Shown here: piece after piece, positions 9,471 through 20,535 of the stretch
Layout: every line of letters begins with the position of its first letter
Position numbering within the stretch: the stretch's first letter is position 1
Assembly (NCBI GenBank): GCA_029256015.1
Contig: JAQSYQ010000004.1
Span: forward strand, 35,032-99,031
DNA: 64,000 nucleotides
Direction of reading: 5' to 3'
DNA from: Gammaproteobacteria bacterium
Lineage (GTDB): Bacteria; Pseudomonadota; Gammaproteobacteria; Francisellales; CACEW01
The notes under the pieces: model-generated
Database searches by the model: none
The model's input: only the letters and a program-made list of their open reading frames with translations
What the model was told of the DNA's origin: nothing
Program-made: the position numbers and the translations under genes

Positions 9471-11303
9471 TTATTCAACAGTAACGCTTTTAGCTAAATT
9501 TCTTGGCTGGTCCACATCGGTTCCTTTTAACACTGCCACATAATAAGCCAGTAACTGTAAAGGTAAGGTGTAGACAATAGGCGCTATCTCTTCTGGAATA
9601 GTCGGTAAGCCAATAACTTGCGCATTTGCAGGCAACTCATTTCTTAAGCTAGCTTCAGTCACCACAAAAATCTGACCGCCGCGGGCTTCTACTTCCTGAA
9701 TATTAGCCTTGAGTTTGTCCAACAAAGCATTTCTTGGAGCCAAAATAACCATAGGCATTTCAGAATCAACCAGAGCCAAGGGGCCATGCTTAAGCTCGCC
9801 GGCAGGATAGGCTTCAGCGTGGATATAGGAAATCTCTTTAAGCTTTAATGCCCCTTCCATTGCCAAAGGATAAAAACAGTTCCTTCCCAAAAATAGAGCA
9901 TGATGCTTTTCAATAAATTGATTGGCAAGCAGCTGGATTTCACCATCCAAACTCAAAGCCATCTGCAGCAAGCCCGGAACTTGGCGCAAAGCTGAAGTTA
10001 AGTGAAGCTCCAATTCTGGATTGCCTCTTAAACGGGTCAGTAATGCGGTTAATAAAAACAAAGCGACCAATTGCGTGACGAAAGCTTTGGTGGAAGCCAC
10101 GCCGACTTCAGTTCCTGCTCTTGTCATAAAGACTAAATCGGATTCTCTGACCAATGAGCTTGTAGGTACGTTGCAAATTGCCATAGAAGCAGCATAACCT
10201 AGAGTTTTGGCTTGGCGCAGTGCAGCCAAGGTATCAGCGGTTTCTCCCGACTGAGAAATTGCTAAAAACAAAGTGTTAGGACGTACTACGGTTTTTCGAT
10301 AACGGAGTTCACTGGCAATTTCAACATCGCAGGGAATACCAGCCCATTCTTCGAGCCAGTTTTTAGCAAGCATGCCAGCGTGATAGCTTGTGCCACAAGC
10401 CACTATTTTAATATTTTCAATTTCAGGCAAAATCTCACTGGCCTTTAATCCAAATGAGTTCAGTTGGACTTGACCGTCTACATCCAAGCAGCCATTCATG
10501 GTTTGAGTCACCACGTCGGGCTGCTCAAAAATTTCCTTTAGCATAAAGTGTTTATAATGACCTTTACTCGCTGCGTCACTATTGATATTTTGCTCTTCAA
10601 TCGGGCGAGTTACGGCGTGGCCGTGAAGATCAGTGATATTGATCAAATGCCTAGATACTTCTGCAATATCCCCTTCTTGTAAATAAATAAATCGGTTGGT
10701 GACGGGCAGCAAAGACAAACTGTCTGAGGCAATAAAGTTTTCCTCAATCCCCAAACCAATCACAAGAGGCGAGCCTGAGCGTACCGCAATCAGTCGATCC
10801 GGCTCATCCAAATTTACAGCAACGATAGCATAAGCGCCCTTTAAACTGGATACCACAGCCCGAACCGCTAAAATCAAACTTTTACCGGTTTCCAAGGCTT
10901 GATGAATTAAGTGAGCTACCACTTCTGTATCGGTATCAGAGCTAAACTCCACACCCTGAGCTTGAAGCGAAGCTTTTAATTCAGCATAGTTTTCAATAAT
11001 GCCATTATGAACAATAGCGATTTTATTACCCGCCATATGAGGATGCGCATTACGTTCCGAGGGTTTGCCATGAGTAGCCCAACGAGTATGGGCAATACCG
11101 ATATTACCGGAACAAGGCTCTTGACTGGCCTTACTTGCAAGCTCAGCAACTTTGCCTACCGCCCTTTTTCTAACAATCTTGTGATGTTCATCGATAACAG
11201 CAAAGCCGGCCGAATCATAGCCTCGGTACTCAAGACGTTTTAAGCCTTCCAATAAAATGGGAACTACGTTCCTTTCAGTGACGGCTCCAACTATTCCACA
11301 CAT
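9471..11303 (-). CDS. glmS: Glutamine--fructose-6-phosphate aminotransferase
   Basis: 610 aa. N-terminal MCGIVGA (Ntn catalytic Cys), two SIS domains, and the C-terminal ...LAKSVTVE. Confidence 0.97.
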   Translation of the reverse strand: MCGIVGAVTERNVVPILLEGLKRLEYRGYDSAGFAVIDEHHKIVRKRAVGKVAELASKASQEPCSGNIGIAHTRWATHGKPSERNAHPHMAGNKIAIVHNGIIENYAELKASLQAQGVEFSSDTDTEVVAHLIHQALETGKSLILAVRAVVSSLKGAYAIVAVNLDEPDRLIAVRSGSPLVIGLGIEENFIASDSLSLLPVTNRFIYLQEGDIAEVSRHLINITDLHGHAVTRPIEEQNINSDAASKGHYKHFMLKEIFEQPDVVTQTMNGCLDVDGQVQLNSFGLKASEILPEIENIKIVACGTSYHAGMLAKNWLEEWAGIPCDVEIASELRYRKTVVRPNTLFLAISQSGETADTLAALRQAKTLGYAASMAICNVPTSSLVRESDLVFMTRAGTEVGVASTKAFVTQLVALFLLTALLTRLRGNPELELHLTSALRQVPGLLQMALSLDGEIQLLANQFIEKHHALFLGRNCFYPLAMEGALKLKEISYIHAEAYPAGELKHGPLALVDSEMPMVILAPRNALLDKLKANIQEVEARGGQIFVVTEASLRNELPANAQVIGLPTIPEEIAPIVYTLPLQLLAYYVAVLKGTDVDQPRNLAKSVTVE

Positions 11304-11397
11304 CTTATAGCAACCCTCTTTTTAAGCCTATCTTTGTTGCACTACACATTCGCGGTCCTCATTTATTTATAAATTGATGAAAACCATCCTTGGTTTT

Positions 11398-11485
11398 CCC
11401 TCTAGCGAGCGCACTTATAAAACGTGCCCCCAAATTCATTCCCGATGAATTTGTCCGTGCGCTCTATGCTTGTGCGCCTCGACAG
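11398..11485. repeat. Family R2 dispersed intergenic element (copy in glmU-glmS spacer)
   Basis: Contains tccgtgcgctctatgcttgtgcgcctcgacag. This aligns with the reverse complement of 51106-51145 (tccgctcgctttatgcttgcgcgcctcggcag) and with 15408-15435. Confidence 0.45.
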
Positions 11486-11522
11486 TCTTAAAAATAGGAT
11501 CACTCTAAGCAATCATATTACA

Positions 11523-12902
11523 CTATTTATCTTTCTTGTCTTTTATGGGACGAGTCCAAGCTTCGATAGTCGTTTGCTTGGCTCTAGCAACTGTCAGTTT
11601 ACCAGCGGGAGCTTCTTTGCTAATCACAGAGCCTGCTCCAATAGTTGCGGCCTTACCGATTTTAACAGGAGCAACTAAAGAAGCATTAGACCCGATAAAA
11701 GCCTCATCTTCAATCACTGTTTGGTGTTTATTGGCCCCATCGTAATTGCAGGTAATCGCTCCTGCCCCGATATTGACCTTTTCGCCTACGATGGAATCTC
11801 CAACATAGGCTAAATGATTGGCTTTAGATCCCTTGCCGATAGTAGATTTTTTGATTTCCACAAAGTTGCCGATATGGCAGCCTTCTTTTAAAACCGAACC
11901 TGGGCGAATTCTGGCAAAGGGGCCAATAATTGCATTTTGCTCAATAACACAGTCTTCTAACACGCAGTTGGCTTTGATCTCAACGCCTTTTCCAACTCTG
12001 ACGTTTTTAAGAATGGCATTGGGACCTATAATGCAATTCTCACCTAAAACCACCTCGCCTTCAAATACCACATTCACGTCGACTATGGCATCTTTTGCTG
12101 GAATCACCCGACCTCTAATATCCACTCTTGCTGGGTCATACATAGTAATGCCATGCAGCATAAGCTCCTGAGTTTGCCAGTGCTGATAAATTCGCTCTAA
12201 TCTCGCCAGCTCAACCCGGGTATTGGCCCCGTAGGTTTCTTCCACTTTTCTAGGGCGAGAAACACTGATATTAATCTGTTCTTGACGAGCCATGCTAACA
12301 ATATCGGTCAGGTAATATTCTTTTTGCGCATTGTGATTGGAAAGCTTTGGCAGCCACTTTAATAAAAACTCAGCTGGCACACAGTAAATACCAGTATTGA
12401 TTTCTTTGATTTGCTTTTCTAAATCAGTGGCATCTTTTTCTTCAACAATGCCCAATACATGTTGATGCTCATCTCGAACAATGCGGCCCAGGCCTGAGGG
12501 GTCAGAGACTACAGCAGTCAACAGACCTAGCTGATTTTTACCCGAAGCGGTGACAAAATGGGATAAAGTGCTTGGAGTAATTAAAGGCACATCCCCATAC
12601 AAAATCAAAACTTGGTTAGCCGGATTTAATAAAGGCAGAACTTGCTGAACAGCGTGCCCGGTACCTAAGCGCTCTTTTTGCTCAACCCATTTGACATTGC
12701 TACGGTGCTGCATCGCTGATAAAACGGTCTCGCCCATGTGGCCATACACCACAAAAACCTCAGACACATCATCCAAGGCCTCTGCGCTATCAATCACATG
12801 GTCCAATAAAGTTTTGCCCGCTAACTTATGCAATACCTTGGGCAAATTGGAACTCATACGAGTGCCGCTGCCCCCCGCCAAAATAACAATACTTAACGCC
12901 AT
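11523..12902 (-). CDS. glmU: Bifunctional UDP-GlcNAc pyrophosphorylase / GlcN-1-P acetyltransferase
   Basis: 459 aa. N-terminal LAGGSGTRM nucleotidyltransferase motif, with C-terminal left-handed beta-helix hexapeptide repeats. Confidence 0.97.
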   Translation of the reverse strand: MALSIVILAGGSGTRMSSNLPKVLHKLAGKTLLDHVIDSAEALDDVSEVFVVYGHMGETVLSAMQHRSNVKWVEQKERLGTGHAVQQVLPLLNPANQVLILYGDVPLITPSTLSHFVTASGKNQLGLLTAVVSDPSGLGRIVRDEHQHVLGIVEEKDATDLEKQIKEINTGIYCVPAEFLLKWLPKLSNHNAQKEYYLTDIVSMARQEQINISVSRPRKVEETYGANTRVELARLERIYQHWQTQELMLHGITMYDPARVDIRGRVIPAKDAIVDVNVVFEGEVVLGENCIIGPNAILKNVRVGKGVEIKANCVLEDCVIEQNAIIGPFARIRPGSVLKEGCHIGNFVEIKKSTIGKGSKANHLAYVGDSIVGEKVNIGAGAITCNYDGANKHQTVIEDEAFIGSNASLVAPVKIGKAATIGAGSVISKEAPAGKLTVARAKQTTIEAWTRPIKDKKDK

Positions 12903-12976
12903 AGCTTTTCCCGATTTAATCAGCTTCGTTAGTATTTTATTTGAAGTTTAATCAGAAAGCACGGTAGCTTATAAAA

Positions 12977-13020
12977 TAAATCCAACCCAGGTCCTTTAGC
13001 AAAGGAGGGTATGGAGAATC
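12977..13020. repeat. Single-hairpin R3-type unit
   Basis: taaatcc...gtccttt-agc-aaaggag sits immediately after the stop of the 106-aa ORF. The TAAATCC start and CCTTT/AAAGG hairpin match family R3. Confidence 0.35.
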
Positions 13021-13341
13021 TTAGGCAACCGGACCTGCCTCTTCGCTGGAGGTAGATGATGCCTGGCCAGGTAATCTTACAGATTCAGAGCTAGCCTGTC
13101 TTCTTAATAGCTGAGCACGATATCTTTGCTCTCTTGTTGTCGTAACAGAATTTATAAAGCCTTCTTCTGATGCATAAACTTCATGCCCTACTGTAAAGAA
13201 TCTTGAGAAAAAAGAAGTCACAACGTTAGGCCCGTTTGTTCTAACTGGAAGCGCTGCCACAGCAGGCCTCATTGACTCGTTTGAGGGTTCAGGTGCAACA
13301 CTTGCAGAGCGTGATGAAAATAAACGTGAAAATAATCGCAT
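13021..13341 (-). CDS. Orphan 106-aa Ser-rich protein inserted between atpC and glmU
   Basis: A perfect AAGGAGG lies 6 nt upstream of the ATG at 13341. There is no recognisable domain. The C terminus is Ser/Thr/Glu-rich (QASSTSSEEAGPVA). Confidence 0.6.
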   Translation of the reverse strand: MRLFSRLFSSRSASVAPEPSNESMRPAVAALPVRTNGPNVVTSFFSRFFTVGHEVYASEEGFINSVTTTREQRYRAQLLRRQASSESVRLPGQASSTSSEEAGPVA

Positions 13342-13438
13342 AGTAGCCTCCTTGCCACAATGTTATTGATAAACTCATGCATCCTTGCATGCTTATAAAT
13401 CAAAGACTTACTTTAATTTCCACCTTGCTGGAAGTCAA

Positions 13439-13864
13439 TTAATGCTTCTTACGAAGTCTCATCAATTCAAGTACACGTAATTTAGCAATAGCTTCTTCTA
13501 AGTCTTGCTGGGTCTTTCTAAAGTCATGAGTGCCATCCTTGCTAGCCAAGAGTTTTTCTGCCTCTTGCTTGGCTTCTAAAGCAGCCGCTTCATTAACGTC
13601 CTGGGGACGCTCCACGCTATCTGCCAGAATGCTGATATGATGAGGCTGAACTTCGAGCATGCCTCCAGAAATATAAAGCAGCTCTTCATGACCATCGACT
13701 TGATGGATACGAACTGCCCCCGGGGCAATTTTGGTTAAAAGCTGTAAATGCCCGGGATAAAGACCTAGCTCACCTTCAGCTCCTTTGACAAACAAAGCCG
13801 CAGCTTCGCCTGAAAAAATTTGGCCTTCCGGACTAACGATGTCTACTTTTACAGTTTTACTCAT
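13439..13864 (-). CDS. atpC: ATP synthase F1 epsilon subunit
   Basis: MSKTVKVDIVSPEGQIFSGEA... is the typical epsilon N terminus. I prefer the ATG at 13864 (AGGA 6 nt upstream); the track ORF extends to 13882. Confidence 0.92.
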   Translation of the reverse strand: MSKTVKVDIVSPEGQIFSGEAAALFVKGAEGELGLYPGHLQLLTKIAPGAVRIHQVDGHEELLYISGGMLEVQPHHISILADSVERPQDVNEAAALEAKQEAEKLLASKDGTHDFRKTQQDLEEAIAKLRVLELMRLRKKH

Positions 13865-13882
13865 ATCCATTCCTACTGCCAT

Positions 13883-13941
13883 CCCTGACTTGATCGGGAT
13901 CTAGGCTTTAAACTAGACTCCCACCTTCGCGGGAATGACAA
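13883..13941. repeat. Family R4 element (GGGATCTA ... hairpin ... GAATGACAAA) in the atpD-atpC spacer
   Basis: cgggatctaggctttaaactagactcccaccttcgcgggaatgacaaa has the same architecture as 56655-56713. Confidence 0.45.
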
Positions 13942-13946
13942 ATCAA

Positions 13947-15353
<1,407 letters not shown>

Positions 15354-15361
15354 TCATTATA

Positions 15362-15435
15362 CTTTTGTTGCGCTTCAGATCGAGCGTTCCTCATGTATTT
15401 CTCTATCGTCCGGTTCTCGATCTTCGCGCGCCTCA
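15362..15435. repeat. Family R2 element inside the atpG-atpD spacer
   Basis: cttttgttgcgc...tccggttctcgatcttcgcgcgcctca shares both ends (GAGGCGCGC..AAG and GCGCAACAAAG in the other orientation) with 51106-51192. The spacer is an unusually long 140 bp. Confidence 0.45.
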
Positions 15436-15472
15436 GTCTAATTTCGATCTGGAACCGGTATTATTGTTAGTA

Positions 15473-16333
15473 TTAGCCTACTGCTTCTGCGCCAGATACA
15501 ATTTCAGCCAGCTCTTTAGTAATAGCCGCCTGACGCGCCTTGTTATATTCTAGTTTCAACTCTTTAATCACTTCACCAGCATTTTCTGTCGCATTTTTCA
15601 TCGCCATCATTCTTGCAGCCTGTTCACAAGCGACGTTTTCCACCACCCCTTGATATACCTGAGACTCGACATAGCGCTCTAATAACAGGGTTAGCAAAGA
15701 CTTAGCGTCAGGCTCATAAATATAGTCCCAATGCTGCTGTTTCCCTTCTTTGGAAGGCAAAACGGGCAAAAGCTGCTCACAGTGCGGAGCTTGGGTGATG
15801 GTATTGACGAAGTGGTTGGATATCAAAAACAAGCGGTCAATCTTGCCTTCAACAAAAGCATCCAGCATCACTTTAATAGAACCGATCAGGTCTTTAATGG
15901 CAGGCTGCTCACCCAAATGGTGGGCATAAGCCAAAATATTAAAGTCTGATCTTTTAAAGTAGCTTTCTGCCTTATGACCGATAATTGCCACATCAATTTC
16001 AACCGACTTATCAGCCCAGCCTTTCATTTCCTGGAAAGCTTTTTTAAATAAATTAATATTCAAACCGCCGCATAGGCCACGATCGCTTGAAATCACAATA
16101 AAGCCGACTCTTTTCACTTCGCGGCTTTGCATATAAACATGTTGGTATTCAGGGTGGGCTAAAGCCAAATGGCCAATTACCTCACGCGCTTTTTGGGCGT
16201 AGGGACGACTTGCTTCCATACGGTCGCGCGCTTTGCGTAACTTGCTGGCTGCAATCATTTCCATAGCCCGGGTAATTTTCTTAGTATTGCTAATACTGCT
16301 AATTCGGGCTTTAATTTCTTTGGCTGTTGCCAT
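15473..16333 (-). CDS. atpG: ATP synthase F1 gamma subunit
   Basis: 286 aa with an N-terminal [31 protein letters not shown] and a C-terminal [14 protein letters not shown]. Confidence 0.97.
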   Translation of the reverse strand: MATAKEIKARISSISNTKKITRAMEMIAASKLRKARDRMEASRPYAQKAREVIGHLALAHPEYQHVYMQSREVKRVGFIVISSDRGLCGGLNINLFKKAFQEMKGWADKSVEIDVAIIGHKAESYFKRSDFNILAYAHHLGEQPAIKDLIGSIKVMLDAFVEGKIDRLFLISNHFVNTITQAPHCEQLLPVLPSKEGKQQHWDYIYEPDAKSLLTLLLERYVESQVYQGVVENVACEQAARMMAMKNATENAGEVIKELKLEYNKARQAAITKELAEIVSGAEAVG

Positions 16334-16344
16334 TTAGCGTCCCT

Positions 16345-17895
16345 TTACCAACTTTGGGTTTTCTTAAACTGCTCAATGGCCGAGCTTAGGGCTTTAGCCA
16401 CTTCGTCGTCATATTTGCAGTGCTTGTTGATTTCATCTAGCAGCGCTTTATGTTGAGCATCCATGTACTGATGAAGTGCTGCTTCAAAAGAAACTACCTT
16501 ATTCAATACCACATCATCAACATAGCCTTTTTCTACCGCAAACAAAGTCACCGCCATCTGCGCTACGCTTAATGGACTGTATTGTTTTTGCTTCATCAGC
16601 TCCATCACACGTTGCCCACGCTCCAACTGTTTACGAGTTGCCTCGTCCAAATCTGAAGCAAACTGAGCAAAAGCTTCAAGTTCGCGGAATTGCGCTAAAG
16701 CTAAACGTACACCACCGCCAAGCTTTTTGATAATTTTAGTTTGTGCGGCTCCGCCCACTCGAGATACGGAAGCTCCCGCGTTAATTGCAGGACGAATACC
16801 TGAGTTAAACAGTCCGGTTTCCAAGAAAATCTGACCATCGGTAATCGAAATAACGTTGGTTGGTACGAAAGCTGAAATATCGCCAGCCTGAGTTTCGATA
16901 ATAGGTAATGCAGTCAAAGAACCGGTTTTGCCACGAACTTCGCCGTTGGTCATTTTCTCAACATATTCAGCATTCACTCTTGCAGCCCGCTCGAGCAGTC
17001 TTGAGTGTAGATAGAATACATCTCCAGGATAAGCTTCACGTCCAGGCGGGCGGCGAAGTAATAGGGAAATTTGACGATAAGCCCAAGCTTGCTTGGTTAA
17101 ATCATCATAAATGATTAAAGCATCTTGCCCGCGGTCTCTGAAATATTCGCCCATGGCACAGCCTGAGTAAGGAGCGATAAACTGCAATGCTGCGGCTTCA
17201 GCGGCAGAAGCTGCTACGATGATGGTATGAGCCAATGCCCCGTGTTCTTCTAATTTACGCACGACGTTAGCAATGGAAGAAGCTTTTTGGCCAATTGCTA
17301 CATAAATACATTTAATGCCGCTGTCTTTTTGATTGATAATGGCATCGATTGCTACTGCGGTTTTACCGGTTTGGCGGTCTCCAATAATCAATTCACGCTG
17401 ACCTCTTCCGATGGGAACCATCGCGTCAATTGCTTTTAATCCGGTCTGTACGGGTTGGTCTACGCTTTGACGAGCAATAACCCCTGGAGCTACTTTTTCG
17501 ATAGGAGAAGTCAAAGTGGTATTAATCGGCCCTTTGCCATCAATAGGATTACCCAAGGCGTCTACTACACGGCCTAACAGCGCTTCACCTACTGGTACCT
17601 CTAAAATTCTGCCGGTGCAGCGAGCAACCTGACCTTCCATTAAGTGATCATACTCACCTAGAACAACCGCACCCACTGCGTCTCTTTCTAAGTTTAGAGC
17701 CAAGCCAAACACATTGCCTGGTAGCTCAATCATTTCGCCATAAGCTACGTTGCTTAAGCCATGAATTTTGATAATGCCATCGCGAACGCTGACAATAATT
17801 CCCTCATTGCGGGATTCGGCTTTGGTATCAAAATGGGCTATCCGCTGTTTAATGAGTTCGGTTACTTCTGAGGGGTTTAATTGCATGCTATCCAC
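16345..17895 (-). CDS. atpA: ATP synthase F1 alpha subunit
   Basis: 516 aa with Walker A GDRQTGKT and full-length similarity to alpha subunits. Confidence 0.98.
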   Translation of the reverse strand: MDSMQLNPSEVTELIKQRIAHFDTKAESRNEGIIVSVRDGIIKIHGLSNVAYGEMIELPGNVFGLALNLERDAVGAVVLGEYDHLMEGQVARCTGRILEVPVGEALLGRVVDALGNPIDGKGPINTTLTSPIEKVAPGVIARQSVDQPVQTGLKAIDAMVPIGRGQRELIIGDRQTGKTAVAIDAIINQKDSGIKCIYVAIGQKASSIANVVRKLEEHGALAHTIIVAASAAEAAALQFIAPYSGCAMGEYFRDRGQDALIIYDDLTKQAWAYRQISLLLRRPPGREAYPGDVFYLHSRLLERAARVNAEYVEKMTNGEVRGKTGSLTALPIIETQAGDISAFVPTNVISITDGQIFLETGLFNSGIRPAINAGASVSRVGGAAQTKIIKKLGGGVRLALAQFRELEAFAQFASDLDEATRKQLERGQRVMELMKQKQYSPLSVAQMAVTLFAVEKGYVDDVVLNKVVSFEAALHQYMDAQHKALLDEINKHCKYDDEVAKALSSAIEQFKKTQSW

Positions 17896-17903
17896 CTTAA
17901 TTC

Positions 17904-18440
17904 CTATTTCCTAAGTTCTTGCGCCAAACGATTGAGCTGCCCCTTCACTGAGCCGTCAATCACCAAATCGCCCGCTTTAATAATGGCTCCGCCAATTAAG
18001 CTTTCATCTATTTCTGTTTCAAGCTCTACTGATTGATTTAACTTTTTGCTTAGCGCTTTTTTAATTTGCTCGATATAGTTTGAATCAACTTGTTCTGCAC
18101 TAATTAATATGGCCTGACAAACCTTCTGGCTTTCTGCTACATGTTCTTCATAAGCCAAAGAAATTTCCGGCAGCAGAGAAAGTCTGGAGTTTTCAGCTAA
18201 AATTTTAACAAAATTTTGGATAGAAGCATCCAACGAGTTCAAGCTTTTTTCCAATAAAACTTCTGCAAGCTCTTTTTGAGTCAGCTTAGGATGATGCAAA
18301 AGGCCTTGGATTTCCTTGTTCTCAAACAGTCGAGCCAAATTATCCAAAGCTGTACTCCATGCTTTTTCAGCATGTTGCTCTTTTGCATATTCAAAGGCTG
18401 CTTTCGCATAAGGCCTTGCTATAGTGCTTGCAGTTGCCAT
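17904..18440 (-). CDS. atpH: ATP synthase F1 delta subunit (OSCP)
   Basis: 178 aa beginning ...[13 protein letters not shown], positioned between atpF and atpA. Confidence 0.93.
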   Translation of the reverse strand: MATASTIARPYAKAAFEYAKEQHAEKAWSTALDNLARLFENKEIQGLLHHPKLTQKELAEVLLEKSLNSLDASIQNFVKILAENSRLSLLPEISLAYEEHVAESQKVCQAILISAEQVDSNYIEQIKKALSKKLNQSVELETEIDESLIGGAIIKAGDLVIDGSVKGQLNRLAQELRK

Positions 18441-18443
18441 CGC

Positions 18444-18914
18444 TTAAATCTCACTTGCCAAAGACTTTAATAGCTCTTCATTGGCCGCTTTATCAATATT
18501 GCGCTTAAGAAGCTTCTCAGCACCTCTTACCGCTACATCAGCAACTTGCTGGCGAACTGTATCAAGTACCTTCATCTTCTCATGCTCAATTTCAAGCTTA
18601 GCTGTCTGTTTGATTCTTTCAGCCGCATGAAGTGCATCAAGCTTAGCCTGCTCTTCCATATGATGAGCGCGTTGGTTAGCCTGCTCAATAATCACTGAAG
18701 CCTGAGCCTTGGCTTCACGGATAATTTCTTTTGCCTTAAAATGCGCCACTTCAAGATCATGCTGCCCGCGCTCAGCAGCAGCGAGCCCATCGGCAATTTT
18801 CTTGCGACGTTCTTCCAAGACCTTCATCAACGGCGGCCAGACAAACTTCATTGTAAACACAATAAAGATTGCAAAAGTAATCATCTGACCTATGAGCGTT
18901 GCATTAATATCCAT
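18444..18914 (-). CDS. atpF: ATP synthase Fo subunit b
   Basis: 156 aa with a single N-terminal TM followed by a long charged helix. Operon position supports the call. Confidence 0.93.
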   Translation of the reverse strand: MDINATLIGQMITFAIFIVFTMKFVWPPLMKVLEERRKKIADGLAAAERGQHDLEVAHFKAKEIIREAKAQASVIIEQANQRAHHMEEQAKLDALHAAERIKQTAKLEIEHEKMKVLDTVRQQVADVAVRGAEKLLKRNIDKAANEELLKSLASEI

Positions 18915-18940
18915 GCCAAACCCTTTTATTATTTAATTGA

Positions 18941-19258
<318 letters not shown>

Positions 19259-19273
19259 TTAAAATTAACTGAA

Positions 19274-20436
<1,163 letters not shown>

Positions 20437-20464
20437 TTAACTTGCCTTAAAAATTTGCAGCGCG

Positions 20465-20493
20465 ATTATAATCATTTCAAGGCTTAAGGGCAA
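20465..20493 (-). promoter_or_regulatory. Candidate sigma-70 promoter of the atp operon
   Basis: Minus-strand TTGCCC (20493-20488), a 17-bp spacer, then TATAAT (20470-20465), ~30 nt upstream of the atpI ATG. Confidence 0.4.
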
Positions 20494-20535
20494 TAGGTTT
20501 TCTTGACTGCTTTGCTAAAGTCGAAATTTGTGTCA

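Noticed and set aside
11304-11522. Possible glmS ribozyme or other riboswitch in the 219-bp leader of glmS
   Set aside because: The glmS ribozyme is essentially a Gram-positive element, and I see none of its conserved core. Most of the spacer is accounted for by an R2 dispersed repeat that recurs at two unrelated loci.
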